Positions 45,689 to 55,562 of a stretch of DNA of 64,000 nucleotides are shown here, in pieces. The notes beneath the pieces are model-generated. The model had not been told where the DNA came from. It made no database searches and saw only the letters and a program-made list of their open reading frames with translations. This DNA is from an uncultured Pseudomonadota bacterium. Lineage in GTDB: Bacteria; Myxococcota_A; UBA796; SXON01. The DNA lies in assembly GCA_903844155.1 (NCBI GenBank), contig CAIMSU010000077.1, positions 5,917-69,916 on the forward strand, read 5' to 3'. How positions within the stretch are numbered: the first letter of the stretch is position 1; each line of letters starts with the position of its first letter. The position numbers were made by a program, and so were the translations under genes.

Positions 45689-46644
45689 GCCGACCCCTCG
45701 TGGAAGTAGCGCGCCATCACCTCTTCCAACGGCGGGCTCTCGACCGCGATCTCCACCATCGGCCAGCGCGAAAGCACCGAGCTCAGACGCCGGTTTGTCT
45801 CCTCAGCAGTCACGGTGGCGACCTGGTCGCCGTCCACGGGCACGAACCCCAGCTCGGCAAGCTCCGCCGGCCCACCCTTCACCACGATCCGCCGTTCGGG
45901 GGCCACGCGCTCGGTCAGCGCGGTGAGGCTCCCGTCATACCGCAGCGTGCCCTTGTCGATGACCAGCAAGCGTGGGGTCAACGCCGCGATGTCCTGCATG
46001 TAATGGCTGGTGAGGATGACGGTGGCGCCGGTCGAGGTGTTGTACTCGTGGATGAACTTACGAACTTGCACCTGCATTTCCACGTCAAGCCCGATGGTGG
46101 GCTCATCCAGGAAGAGCACCTGCGGCTGGTGCAGGAGGGCGGCGACCAATTCGCACTTCATCCGCTCGCCAAGCGAGAGGTTGCGGACGGGTTTTTGGAG
46201 GATGGGCTCGATCTTGAGCATGGCGACGAGCTGATCGAGGGTGCGGGCGTAGGCGGCGGGGTCGACACCGTACATCGCGCGGTTGAGCGCGAAGGACTCC
46301 TGCGGGGGCAGATCCCAGAGGAGCTGCTGCTTCTGACCCATGACCAGCGTGATGCTGCGGAGGAAGGCGACGACGCGATCCTTGGGGCGGTAGCCGGCGA
46401 CGAGGACGGTGCCGGCGGTCGGGTGGAGGAGGCCGGACAGCATTTTCAGCGTGGTGGTCTTTCCCGCGCCGTTCGGGCCGAGAAACCCGACGCGCTCCCC
46501 GCGCTCGATCTGGAAGGAGACGTTCTTGACCGCCTCGACGTCGCGGTATTGACGGTTGAACAAGGACTTGACGGAGCCCGCCAACCCCTCGCCCTTCACG
46601 GGAACCCGGTACGTCTTCGAGAGCCCGACCACGTCGATGATCAT
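45685..46644 (-). CDS. ABC transporter ATP-binding protein
   Basis: Walker A GPNGAGKTT, signature LSLGERMK, Walker B VLFLDEPT, H-loop TSHYM. Confidence 0.95.
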   Translation of the reverse strand: MIIDVVGLSKTYRVPVKGEGLAGSVKSLFNRQYRDVEAVKNVSFQIERGERVGFLGPNGAGKTTTLKMLSGLLHPTAGTVLVAGYRPKDRVVAFLRSITLVMGQKQQLLWDLPPQESFALNRAMYGVDPAAYARTLDQLVAMLKIEPILQKPVRNLSLGERMKCELVAALLHQPQVLFLDEPTIGLDVEMQVQVRKFIHEYNTSTGATVILTSHYMQDIAALTPRLLVIDKGTLRYDGSLTALTERVAPERRIVVKGGPAELAELGFVPVDGDQVATVTAEETNRRLSSVLSRWPMVEIAVESPPLEEVMARYFHEGSA

Positions 46645-46774
46645 CCCCCGTCGTTACCCCGCTCTCCTCCCCGGCGCGCGCCAAAACCGCACCGTCTCAG
46701 AAACGCCCTACCCGATTCTGAGCCCCCGGACATTTTTTGGCAGCCGGCGTCGCGCAGACCGGCGTTCCGGCTAC

Positions 46775-47359
46775 GTGTTTGCCGTGCACCGTTGGGATCC
46801 CGAGCTCGTGTACCGCTTTGTCCGCTACCTGCCGGCAGCGGCGGCGGACGTGCGCGCCGGTGCGTCGCTCCCGTCCCCCACCACCGAGCAGGCCGACGCG
46901 ATCATCGTCCTTGGATGCCGACTTCTCCCCGGCGGGGTCGCGACGGGGTCGCTACGCGCCCGTGCTGAAGCCGGGGCCGCGTTGTTTCACCTCGGCGTCG
47001 CGCCGATCATCGTGACGACGGGGTCCTCGCACGAACAGCCGCCGGGCGAGGCCGTCGTTGCCGCCGCGATCCTGCGCGAGCGGGGCGTGCCCGACGACGC
47101 CATCCGGCTGGAAGAGAAATCCCGCAACACCGACGGAAACTTCGCGTTCAGCCGCGATCTCTGCCGAGGCCCCCGCGTCTACGTCGTCACCGAGCCGTTC
47201 CACATCGCGCGCGCGCTGCGGATCGCGCGGGTCTACGGCTTTGACCCGATCGCACACCCCGTGATCTCCCCGGCCTGGACGCGTCCCTGGGACCGCGCCC
47301 GCCTGACCGCGCGCGACACTGTCTCGCTCGCGTGGTGGATGGGCGACCGCGCGCGATAG
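46775..47359 (+). CDS. YdcF/ElyC (DUF218) family protein
   Basis: ADAIIVLGCRL...RAEAGAALFHLGVAPIIVTTG...EAVVAAAILRERGVP...IRLEEKSRNTDGN...VVTEPFHIARA. Start uncertain: GTG 46775 chosen; the ORF opens at 46556. Confidence 0.75.
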   Translation: MFAVHRWDPELVYRFVRYLPAAAADVRAGASLPSPTTEQADAIIVLGCRLLPGGVATGSLRARAEAGAALFHLGVAPIIVTTGSSHEQPPGEAVVAAAILRERGVPDDAIRLEEKSRNTDGNFAFSRDLCRGPRVYVVTEPFHIARALRIARVYGFDPIAHPVISPAWTRPWDRARLTARDTVSLAWWMGDRAR

Positions 47360-47383
47360 GAACCGTTCGCCCCCGAGGACCCC

Positions 47384-48547
47384 GTGCCCACCCCCGATCT
47401 CGTCGACCTGCTCGTGCCCTCCATGGGCGAGTCCGTGAAGACCGCCACGCTTTCGCGCTGGCTCAAGCGCGTGGGCGACCCGGTGAAGGTCGACGAGGCT
47501 GTCGTCTCCGTCGACAGCGACAAGGCCACGGCCGAGCTGCCGTCACCAGCGACAGGCACCATCGTCGAGCTGCTGTCACCCGAAGGGGCTGAATTGGCCA
47601 TCGGGCAGGTGATCGCGCGGATCGCCGTCGGGGTTGGGGCCGCATCGGCGCCGCAAGCGCCGGTTGCCTCGCCAACCCCAGGGCCAGCCGGACCCGCTGT
47701 GCGCGCCGCACTCACCGAAGCCGGACTGACGACCCGCGACGTGACCGGTACCGGCCGCGGTGGCCGAATCCTGGCGGGCGATGTCCCGAGCCAGCGTCCG
47801 GCGACGAGCCCCGCGCCCGACGCCGAGCCTGTCGACATCGTCCCCATGTCCACCCTGCGCCGTCGCATCGCCGAACGGATGGTGCAAGCGCAATCCACAG
47901 CCGCAATCCTCACGACCTTCAACGAGGTTGACATGAGCCGCGTGCTGGCGCTGCGCGCGGAGCATCAGGACCGGTTCACGAAGAAGTACGGGACCAAGCT
48001 CGGGTTCATGAGCTTCTTCGTGAAAGCTGCGATCGACGCGCTCCAGGCATACCCCTCCGCGAACGCCGAGATTCGCGGCACGGACATCGTCTACAAGCGC
48101 TACTGGCACATCGGCGTGGCCGTCTCCAGCCCACGCGGGCTCGTCGTCCCCGTCATCCGGCACGCCGACCGCCTCTCTTTTGCTGAGACGGAGCAGGCGA
48201 TCACGACCTTCGGCCAACGTGCGAAGGACGCCACGTTGACCGCCGACGATCTGCAAGGCGGGACCTTCACGATCTCCAACGGCGGGACGTTCGGATCGAT
48301 GATGTCGACCCCGATATTGAACGCACCCCAGGTCGCGATCCTGGGCATGCACGCCATCCAGAAGCGCGCGATGGTCGTCACGGTGCCCCCGGAAAGCGGC
48401 GGTGGCGACGCGATCGTCGTGCGGCCGATGATGTACCTGGCGCTCTCCTACGACCACCGCCTCCTGGACGGGCGGGAGGCGGTGCTGACGCTCGTGCGGA
48501 TCAAGGAGTGCATCGAGAACCCGGAGCGGCTGCTGCTCGGCGTGTGA
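47384..48547 (+). CDS. sucB: 2-oxoacid dehydrogenase E2 (dihydrolipoamide succinyltransferase-like)
   Basis: Lipoyl domain ([13 protein letters not shown]), E3-binding domain ([13 protein letters not shown]), catalytic DHRLLDG. GTG start. Confidence 0.9.
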   Translation: MPTPDLVDLLVPSMGESVKTATLSRWLKRVGDPVKVDEAVVSVDSDKATAELPSPATGTIVELLSPEGAELAIGQVIARIAVGVGAASAPQAPVASPTPGPAGPAVRAALTEAGLTTRDVTGTGRGGRILAGDVPSQRPATSPAPDAEPVDIVPMSTLRRRIAERMVQAQSTAAILTTFNEVDMSRVLALRAEHQDRFTKKYGTKLGFMSFFVKAAIDALQAYPSANAEIRGTDIVYKRYWHIGVAVSSPRGLVVPVIRHADRLSFAETEQAITTFGQRAKDATLTADDLQGGTFTISNGGTFGSMMSTPILNAPQVAILGMHAIQKRAMVVTVPPESGGGDAIVVRPMMYLALSYDHRLLDGREAVLTLVRIKECIENPERLLLGV

Positions 48548-48563
48548 CGTCCACTTCTTGCGG

Positions 48564-49526
48564 TCAACAACACTCTTCGAGGAGCTTCTGGTAGCTCTCG
48601 AGGCGGATCGGATCGCACGCATCCTCGGCAGCGCAGCCGTCCTCGCCGTCATGCACGCAGTCGGCGTAGCGGCAACGGAGATCTGCCAGCTCCGGAAAGT
48701 ATCTGCGAAGCTCGTGTTTCAGCACAAACCCGATGCCGTACTCACGGACGCCGGGCAGGTCGACGACGACGCCGCCCGCCTTCCCGGGCTCCGGCGGAAG
48801 ATCAAACGCGCAGGCGCCGGTTGTGGTGTGCCGACCGCGCCCCCAGACGTCCACGTGCCCGACCTCGCGCACGGCCTCGGGGACAAGCGCCCGAAGCAAC
48901 GAGCTTTTGCCGACGCCGGAGTGCCCGGCCAGCACCGTGGTCCGCCCGTAGAGCGATTCGCGGAAGCTGTCGATGTTCTTGGCCTGCAAGGCGGAGAGCA
49001 TGAAGATCGGCACGCCAAGGTGCTCGTAGAGCGCGAGCCGCTCCAGGACCTCCTCGGGCATGCCCGTGTCGCACTTGTTGAGGACAATCGCGCCGGTCAT
49101 CCCCGCGGCGTTCGCGGCGACGAGCATGCGGTCGACGAGGCCGACGCGAAACGGGGGATCCTGTGCTGCGCAGACGATGGCGAGCACGTCCGCGTTGGCG
49201 CAGACCACGCGCAAGCCGCTGTTCCCGCTACGCCGCAGCTCCGTCCGCCGTGGCTCGTATCCGCCGACGACCGCATTCTCCGCCTCGCCCTCGATCCACA
49301 CGCGATCCCCGGCCACAACCTCCGCTTTCACGCGGAGCCGCCGCTCGTCCCCACCGAGGTCCATCCGCACCCGCACCCACTTTCCGACCATCTCCACGAC
49401 CGTCGCCGTCGGCGCCTGGACCGTCCGCAGGCGGGCCGCCTTGGCCGCGCGCGCCCTCCCGGTCGAGAACGGCACAAAGCCCTCCTCGTCCGATCCGCCG
49501 TCGATTGGCTCATCATCCGGTTCCAC
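48564..49526 (-). CDS. rsgA: Ribosome small-subunit-dependent GTPase A
   Basis: OB-fold N-terminus; circularly permuted GTPase (VLNKCD, GHSGVGKSSLLRAL, DLPGVREYG); Zn-finger CRYADCVHDGEDGCA. Confidence 0.9.
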   Translation of the reverse strand: MEPDDEPIDGGSDEEGFVPFSTGRARAAKAARLRTVQAPTATVVEMVGKWVRVRMDLGGDERRLRVKAEVVAGDRVWIEGEAENAVVGGYEPRRTELRRSGNSGLRVVCANADVLAIVCAAQDPPFRVGLVDRMLVAANAAGMTGAIVLNKCDTGMPEEVLERLALYEHLGVPIFMLSALQAKNIDSFRESLYGRTTVLAGHSGVGKSSLLRALVPEAVREVGHVDVWGRGRHTTTGACAFDLPPEPGKAGGVVVDLPGVREYGIGFVLKHELRRYFPELADLRCRYADCVHDGEDGCAAEDACDPIRLESYQKLLEECC

Positions 49527-49837
49527 TCGCCGAGTCTACCCGGCGCCAGCGTTTGCGCACGCCCGCGTCGGCCCGCCGATCCCGGCGCTCGGCACCCCTC
49601 TCGCCAGCCTCGGCGCTGAATTCCCGCAGTTCCAAGGCCACGAACCCCGCCAGCCGGCGAGTACGCCGGCCGGCACGGTTCGTGCGCGGAACCGCGCGCC
49701 GGGGGGCCATTGCTCTCGGCAATCACGCACTTTCAGCCACTTACGAGGTGAAGGCTTGCCCAGCGCCCGCAATGGCCCCCCGCCTTTGCGCCCCCCTCCC
49801 AACGCGGTTACCGCCGCGGCCCCGCAGAGAGTCGACC

Positions 49838-52768
49838 ATGTCCCGCGCAGAACTCGCCATCCAGGAAGGCCGGTGCCTCCTCGCCTTCGGTGCCCGCTCC
49901 ATCGCGGACGTCGAAACGCTCGGGGAGCTGCGCCACCGCGCCGGCGTCCCTGCCGTCGTGCTCTCCGGTGAGGCCCGCACGCCAGCCGTCGCGCTCACGG
50001 GCGCGGAAGCCGCCCACACCCTCCGCGAGGGCGGCGTGATCGTGCTGATCGAGCCCGAAGTGGCTGACGCTGGCGGGCTCAACATCCTCGCCGAGGCGGT
50101 CTCGCGCGCCGCGCAGAAGCCCCGGCTGGTCATCGTCGCGCGGGCGTTCAACCCCTTCGCGCTCCCGACCCCGTTGCTACTCCTCAAGTTCGAGCACGAG
50201 AAGAAGAATTCACGGGACTTCCTGAAGGGTCTCCCGGTGCCGGCGCCCGTCGCCGCGCCGGTCGCGAAGGCCGGCAAGGACGCACGCCCCGCGGCAGACG
50301 ACAAGAAGAAGGGCGGGGGCGCCCCGAAGATCCAGTTTGTCGGCCGTGAAGAAGAGATGGCCACGCTTGCGGGCTTCCTCGAAGCCGGCGGTCCCGTCGT
50401 CATCGCCGGACCCCACGGCGTCGGCAAGCGCTGGTTGGCGGAGCGCGCGCTCGCCGCGACGGCCTACAAGCGCCTGCCCGACTTCACCGTCGGCTGGGGA
50501 TCCGAGGCGGACTCCCTGTTCGCCCGCATCGCGCTGCTTGGCGCGGAGGTCGGCGAAAACGCACTCGGCAACGCGCTGAAGCACCCCGAGTCCCGGCCCG
50601 TGCCCGCTCAGCTCGTCAAGCTCGCGTCGGCGGCGCTCGCCAACGCCGGGTTGAACGGCCGCGTCCTGGTCATCGCGCACCTTGAGCACGCGCTGCGCCG
50701 CGACGGCACCTTCCATCGCGAAGGGCGCCTTGAGATGCTCCTGCGCGAGCTGCTCACCACGCCGACGGCCGTCCGCATCGTCTTCCTGTCGACGATCCGC
50801 CCGCGCTTCTACCGCGAGGGCGAGGGGCGTCAGGTTGCCGTTCTGGAGCTCGGTGGCCTCAAAGGCAAGGAACTTCACGAGATCTTCGACGCCTACCGCG
50901 TCGAGGACTTTGCGCGGGACAACTTCGGCCCGATCTTCGAGCGCATCCACGGACACCCGTTCGCAGCGCGCCTGTACGCGGCAGCCGTGCGTGACCCCGA
51001 GGCCCGCGCCGAGCTGATGGACAAGCCCAAGTTCATGGCGATGGAAAACCTCGCCGCCATCGAGCCCATCCGCCGCCGCATCGAGCGCTCGCTGAAGGGC
51101 TTGACTGAGGAGCAACGCCGCATCCTGGTCGTCCTCGCGCACTTCCACCTGCCGATCAAGCAGGCGGACTTTGAGGGCGTGCATGTGGAGCGCCAGATGC
51201 GGCTCGACCTGCTCGCCACCGGCCTGCTCGACCAGAACGAGATCGCCGGCGAGAAGGTCTACGGCGTCCACACCCTCGTGAAGGACGTGCTCGACGTGCG
51301 CGAGGACTACGACCTGCTCGAGTATCTGGGTGACGAGACGCTCAAGAGCGGCCTGAAGCTCGACGACAAGAGCCAGGAGAAGCTCGCGTTGGCGCAGGAG
51401 GGCAACCGCCTCCTGTTCGCCGCGCGTAAGCTTCGTAATCGCTGGAAGCTGCCGTTCCCGGATAACGACCCCGCGCTGGAGTCGATCCGCGGCCTCGTCC
51501 GGTCGAAGGCAGCGCGCCCCGACCTCGCCGAGCAGCGTCTCCGCGAGACCCTCGCGCAGGACCCCGCCAACCCCGAGCTCATGCTCATGCGCTCCGAGTT
51601 GATGATCGCGTTGAACGCGCCCGCAGACGCGATCGCGGCCTCCTTCGCGGAGGCCGAGACCCAAGCGACGCCCGAGGTGTTCCACCAGGAGACCAACTGG
51701 TGCGAGAAGATCAAGGGCGGACGGGCGAAAGCCGTGGCGACGCTGCGACGCGCGGCCGAGGCGTTCCCGGAAAGCGGTCGGATCCGACGGCGGCTCGCCG
51801 GCGTCCTTCTGGAGCAGAACAAGCTGGACGACGCGATCAACGCGCTGAAGGAGGCCCAGACCCTCGAGCCGATGATGCCCGACAGCTACGGGTTGCTCGG
51901 CGAGGTCTACCTGCTGCGCGGGAACTTTGATCTCGCGGAGGAGGCGCTCGGCGAGGCGCGCCGGCTCGATCCCGAGAACGGCCTGCACCTCGCGCGGTTG
52001 GGCGCGCTCATGGTCGAGCGCGGCGGGCTTGAGGACGAGGCGCGGCGCACGGTCGCGAACGAGATCCTGCAGGAAGCCGTGAAGCAGGACCAGCGGAACT
52101 ACCTCGCGCATCTGTACCTGGGACGTCTGCTCGTCCGCACGGACGGCGACCTCGAACAAGCCGCCTGGGCCCTGAAGAAGGCTGCGAAGCTCGACGAGCG
52201 CTCGGCCAAGCCGTGGATGGAGCTCGCGCAGCTCTCCGTGACGCTGGGACAGCGCGCGCAGGACCCCGCGCCGCACTGGCTCGCAGCAGATGCCGCGATC
52301 GACGCCGCCTTCGCCCTGGACGCCGCCTCTGCCGACTCGTTCCTTGCACGCGGCCTCCTGCGCCAGGCGCAGGGCTACATCTTTGCGGCCGTGCCGGAGT
52401 TCCAGAAAGCGGTGGATCGGGCCCCCACAGGGTCCGTCACGCGGGCAGCGGCGATCGCGGCGATGGAGGCCTGCACTGCGCTCATCGCGAGCGGCGCGGC
52501 CGTCGAACTGCAGAAAGCGGCTGAGGCAGCCGGCACTGCGCTGCCGCCCGAGAAGCTCGTGGCGACCGGCGAGCGGCGTGAGCCCGGCAAGACCAGCCGT
52601 CGGCGACGCGGCCGCAAGGCGGGCGGGGCAACGCCCACGGCGACCGATGGAGCGGAGGTGGCCGACGGGTCCGAGGCTGCCGATGCCGCCGCGGACGACG
52701 GGGCGCCAAGCGAACCCAGCGTGGACGTCGCGGCCGGTGATGGCGCGGCGGAGGTCGCGGGCTCCTGA
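49838..52768 (+). CDS. STAND/AAA_16-type P-loop NTPase with an unrecognised ~130-aa N-terminal domain, a Lys/Ala/Pro linker and C-terminal TPR repeats
   Basis: ATG 49838 within ORF 49163-52768. Walker A VVIAGPHGVGKRW. Walker B region VLVIAHLEH lacks the usual acidic pair. Multiple TPR units (AINALKEAQTLEPMMPDSYGLLGEVYLLRGNFDLAEEALGEARRLDPENG...). Confidence 0.75.
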   Translation: MSRAELAIQEGRCLLAFGARSIADVETLGELRHRAGVPAVVLSGEARTPAVALTGAEAAHTLREGGVIVLIEPEVADAGGLNILAEAVSRAAQKPRLVIVARAFNPFALPTPLLLLKFEHEKKNSRDFLKGLPVPAPVAAPVAKAGKDARPAADDKKKGGGAPKIQFVGREEEMATLAGFLEAGGPVVIAGPHGVGKRWLAERALAATAYKRLPDFTVGWGSEADSLFARIALLGAEVGENALGNALKHPESRPVPAQLVKLASAALANAGLNGRVLVIAHLEHALRRDGTFHREGRLEMLLRELLTTPTAVRIVFLSTIRPRFYREGEGRQVAVLELGGLKGKELHEIFDAYRVEDFARDNFGPIFERIHGHPFAARLYAAAVRDPEARAELMDKPKFMAMENLAAIEPIRRRIERSLKGLTEEQRRILVVLAHFHLPIKQADFEGVHVERQMRLDLLATGLLDQNEIAGEKVYGVHTLVKDVLDVREDYDLLEYLGDETLKSGLKLDDKSQEKLALAQEGNRLLFAARKLRNRWKLPFPDNDPALESIRGLVRSKAARPDLAEQRLRETLAQDPANPELMLMRSELMIALNAPADAIAASFAEAETQATPEVFHQETNWCEKIKGGRAKAVATLRRAAEAFPESGRIRRRLAGVLLEQNKLDDAINALKEAQTLEPMMPDSYGLLGEVYLLRGNFDLAEEALGEARRLDPENGLHLARLGALMVERGGLEDEARRTVANEILQEAVKQDQRNYLAHLYLGRLLVRTDGDLEQAAWALKKAAKLDERSAKPWMELAQLSVTLGQRAQDPAPHWLAADAAIDAAFALDAASADSFLARGLLRQAQGYIFAAVPEFQKAVDRAPTGSVTRAAAIAAMEACTALIASGAAVELQKAAEAAGTALPPEKLVATGERREPGKTSRRRRGRKAGGATPTATDGAEVADGSEAADAAADDGAPSEPSVDVAAGDGAAEVAGS

Positions 52769-52821
52769 GCGCGACCGATGGCGGGACTCCCACCCCCGGC
52801 CAGAACCTCGCGCTCCTGCTC

Positions 52822-53730
52822 GTGCCGCTCGCGGGCATCGGGCTCGGCGCGCTGACCGGTGCGCTGCGGGACGGCACGACGCCGACTGCGCTGCTCCTCG
52901 CGGCGGAGCCCCTGCCGGCGGTGCTGGGAATCTGCACGGTCCACGTGTGCTTCACCCGAGGGCGCTGGGCGGCCGGCCTGGCCGTCGCCGTCGGCATCTC
53001 GGCGTTCATCCTCCTCTCACGCATCACGCCCTTGGCGCCCTGGCCCGAGCTGCCCGGCCGGCCCCCAAAAGATCCAGCGACCCTCGCGGCCTGCGGGCGA
53101 CGGGCGATCCCGCCTGAGTCCTTCATCCTCGCGCTCTGGACGGGCGCCAACGACGCGAACACTGTCAACCGCCTCACGGACGTCGCCGACGAGGTGGTCC
53201 TCGTCCGCCCGGGCATCGACCTGCCGACACCCGCGGGAGGTGAATACCTGTCCCTGCCCGGCGACAACGTCATCTGGTCGCGCAACGGGTTCGCGGCCTG
53301 CGGCGACACGGATACCTGGCCGGTGGGACGGCACTCTGCGCTGGTCTACGCCTCGCCAGCGCCGGACGTCTCGGTACCGCTGCTCGTCACGGACCTGCCG
53401 ACGCTCGGACCGGAATTGAACTGGGAGATCGCGGATATCGGCGCGTTCGCCACGGCGACGGGCGGGCCGCTCGTGGTCGCAGGGGCTGGCACGTTCCCCA
53501 CCAGCTTCCTGCGCACCAGCGAGCGGCTCGACGACGCGGGCCTGGCCGAGCTGCGGCTGCCTCCCAACGCGCCGATCGCCTGGGGCAGGCTCCCCCTCCT
53601 CGCGCTGCGCTCCGTGAACCACGTCTGGGTCGCTCCAGCGTGGACCGGCCGCGGCGAGGTGCTGGACGGGGGCGCCTCCTGGTCCGCGCCCGTGGTCCTG
53701 CGTCTGGACGCGACCTACCAGACCCCGTGA
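52822..53730 (+). CDS. Hypothetical membrane protein; the C-terminal domain weakly resembles a catalytically degenerate endonuclease/exonuclease/phosphatase (EEP) fold
   Basis: GTG start; 2-3 N-terminal TM helices. Segments ALWTGAND, VVAGAGTFP, VNHVWV and SWSAPVVLRL lie where EEP proteins have WN, GDFN, DH and SDHxPV. The resemblance is by eye only. Confidence 0.5.
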   Translation: MPLAGIGLGALTGALRDGTTPTALLLAAEPLPAVLGICTVHVCFTRGRWAAGLAVAVGISAFILLSRITPLAPWPELPGRPPKDPATLAACGRRAIPPESFILALWTGANDANTVNRLTDVADEVVLVRPGIDLPTPAGGEYLSLPGDNVIWSRNGFAACGDTDTWPVGRHSALVYASPAPDVSVPLLVTDLPTLGPELNWEIADIGAFATATGGPLVVAGAGTFPTSFLRTSERLDDAGLAELRLPPNAPIAWGRLPLLALRSVNHVWVAPAWTGRGEVLDGGASWSAPVVLRLDATYQTP

Positions 53731-55562
53731 ACGCCGACTCCGAGCGGGGAGAGCGTGAGTGAGGTGTGCAGGGGCCCGAGCACGACGCCCGTGCCCTCAA
53801 GCGCCACACCGCCCGCCAGCAGGGCGATCGTGGCCCATTTGCCGGTGTTGAAGCGTCCGGTGATCGCCTGCGCGTCCGCCGGGGTCACCGCGCTCGGGTC
53901 TGCGATCGCCGCCTGACCGTCGGCCCACGCGGGGTTCACGACGAGAAAGTTCACGACCGCGCCGCCAGCGAGCACCGCGCCGCCCGCGCCCATCAGCGCA
54001 TAGCCGACCGTGCCACCGCGATGCTCGTCACCCCGCGTGGCCTTGCCAACGACCTTGTTCGCCGCCTTGTCGGCCGCGGCCTGCGCGTCCGCGCGGGCCT
54101 TCGCATCGGCCGCCGCCTTGTCCGCGGCAGCCTTGTCCGCGGGGGTGCGCGCGTCGGCCTTCGCCTTGGCGTCAGCCGCGGCCTTGTCCGCCGCCGCCTG
54201 CGCCGCGGCTTTGTCCGCCGCGGCTTGAGCGGCAGCCTTGGCCTTCGCGTCCGCATCAGCCTTCGTCTTCGCGTCCGCATCAGCCTTCGTCTTCGCGTCG
54301 GCAGCGGCTTTGTCGGCCAGGGCCTTCGCGTCAGCGTCGGCCTTCGTCTTCGCATCGGCAGCGGCTTTGTCGGCCAGGGCCTTCGCGTCAGCGTCGGCCT
54401 TCGTCTTCGCGTCAGCAGCGGCTTTGTCGGCCAGGGCCTTCGCGTCAGCGTCGGCCTTCGTCTTCGCGTCAGCCGCGGCTTTGTCGGCCAGGGCCTTCGC
54501 GTCAGCTTTGGTCTTCGCATCGGCAGCGGCTTTGTCGGCCAGGGCCTTCGCGTCCGCGTCCGCCTTCGTCTTCGCGTCGGCGGCGGCTTTGTCGGCGAGG
54601 GCCTTCGCATCGGCGTCGGCCTTCGTCTTCGCGTCGGCCGCGGCTTTGTCGGCGAGCGCCTTCGCATCGGCGTCGGCCTTCGTCTTCGCGTCGGCAGCGG
54701 CCTTTGCATCGGCGTCCGCCTTCGCCTTCGCGTCAGCGGCGGCCTTGTCCGCGAGGGCCTTGGCATCCGCGGCAGCCTTCGCCTTCGCGTCCGCGGCGGC
54801 TTTGTCCGCGGCGACCTTCGCGTCCGCATCGGCCTTCGCCTTCGCGTCAGCGGCTGCCTTCGCGTCGGCAGCGGCCTTGGCCTTGGCGGCCTTGTCGGCA
54901 GCGGCGGTGTCCACGACGGCCGCGCTGTCCGGCTTCTTCGGCGATTTCGGAGCCTTCATCCCCGGGTAGACGCCGCCGGTGCAGAGCACCGTGTAGTCCG
55001 GAGGTGCGGTTCCGAAGCTGTACCAGGTCCCGACGATGCTCCCGTCTCCGCACCGAAGCTGGACGAAGTGCTCACCGACGTGCACCGTGTCGCCCTGCTC
55101 CTTCTTCGCCCCGTCGATGAACAGCACCGCGTCGCCGGTGTCGTCGGGGAGGTTCAGGGGCGCCTCGGTGTAGCCCTTCACCTCGTTGGCAACGGCGTAA
55201 AAGGCGTCCTGGCCATCGGTGTCCGGCAACACGGAGGCGTCCGGCTCGTACATCGGGTTCAAGACGGCCGCCGCTCGCCAGGCGTCCAGCGCCTTCTTGT
55301 TGCGGTCGCCGCCGTACCACTCGGCGACGCCCCGGTAGAACAGCGACCGGGACAGGTCCGCGGACAGGATGAGCTTGGCGCTTGACGGAGCCGCGGCCTT
55401 CGCGTCGTCGAGGACCTTCTCGGCACCTCGGTAATCCTTCGCGATCAACTTGGCTTTCGCGGCATCCACGAGGGCGACGAACGCAGCGTCATCCGCTCGC
55501 GCCTGCGGTGCCCCGAGCGCCAGGAGCAGCGCCATCAACCCCATTGCCCCAAGACCCCTCAT
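53715..55562 (-). CDS. Secreted/membrane-anchored protein: TPR-like plus PEGA-like N-domains, a long Ala/Lys/Asp coiled-coil repeat region and C-terminal hydrophobic segments
   Basis: Signal MRGLGAMGLMALLLALGAPQARA; 19-aa repeats KADADAKALADKAAADAKT; C-terminal Gly/Ala-rich TM-like helices. The ATG overlaps the upstream kinase stop (ATGA). Confidence 0.75.
   Translation of the reverse strand: MRGLGAMGLMALLLALGAPQARADDAAFVALVDAAKAKLIAKDYRGAEKVLDDAKAAAPSSAKLILSADLSRSLFYRGVAEWYGGDRNKKALDAWRAAAVLNPMYEPDASVLPDTDGQDAFYAVANEVKGYTEAPLNLPDDTGDAVLFIDGAKKEQGDTVHVGEHFVQLRCGDGSIVGTWYSFGTAPPDYTVLCTGGVYPGMKAPKSPKKPDSAAVVDTAAADKAAKAKAAADAKAAADAKAKADADAKVAADKAAADAKAKAAADAKALADKAAADAKAKADADAKAAADAKTKADADAKALADKAAADAKTKADADAKALADKAAADAKTKADADAKALADKAAADAKTKADAKALADKAAADAKTKADADAKALADKAAADAKTKADADAKALADKAAADAKTKADADAKALADKAAADAKTKADADAKTKADADAKAKAAAQAAADKAAAQAAADKAAADAKAKADARTPADKAAADKAAADAKARADAQAAADKAANKVVGKATRGDEHRGGTVGYALMGAGGAVLAGGAVVNFLVVNPAWADGQAAIADPSAVTPADAQAITGRFNTGKWATIALLAGGVALEGTGVVLGPLHTSLTLSPLGVGVHGVW
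54301..54693. repeat. Tandem repeat with a 57-nt period, seven units (one shortened to 51 nt), within a broader Ala/Lys/Asp low-complexity tract of about 54010-54930
   Basis: Unit GCAGCGGCTTTGTCGGCCAGGGCCTTCGCGTCAGCGTCGGCCTTCGTCTTCGCATCG recurs at 54301, 54358, 54415, 54472, 54523, 54580 and 54637. Confidence 0.9.

Noticed and set aside
46637-46644. The palindromic ATGATCAT offers divergent overlapping ATG starts, for the ABC ATPase (minus, 46644) and for a + strand ORF leading into the YdcF gene (46637).
   Set aside because: The + strand stretch 46637-46774 has weaker codon bias, and its composition (RRYPALLPGARQNRTV...) is not protein-like. The DUF218 domain is adequately served by GTG 46775. 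The overlap is probably just the symmetry of the sequence.
46729-46760. A sigma-54-like TGGCAG-N-TCGC in the ABC/ydcF divergent region.
   Set aside because: The GC element is displaced by one nucleotide from consensus spacing, and the -12 box is TCGC rather than TTGC.
54010-54930. A regularly spaced repeat array that could superficially suggest a CRISPR array.
   Set aside because: The 57-nt units are contiguous with no unique spacers. They lie in-frame inside a long ORF encoding 19-aa Ala/Lys/Asp repeats. No cas genes or leader are present.
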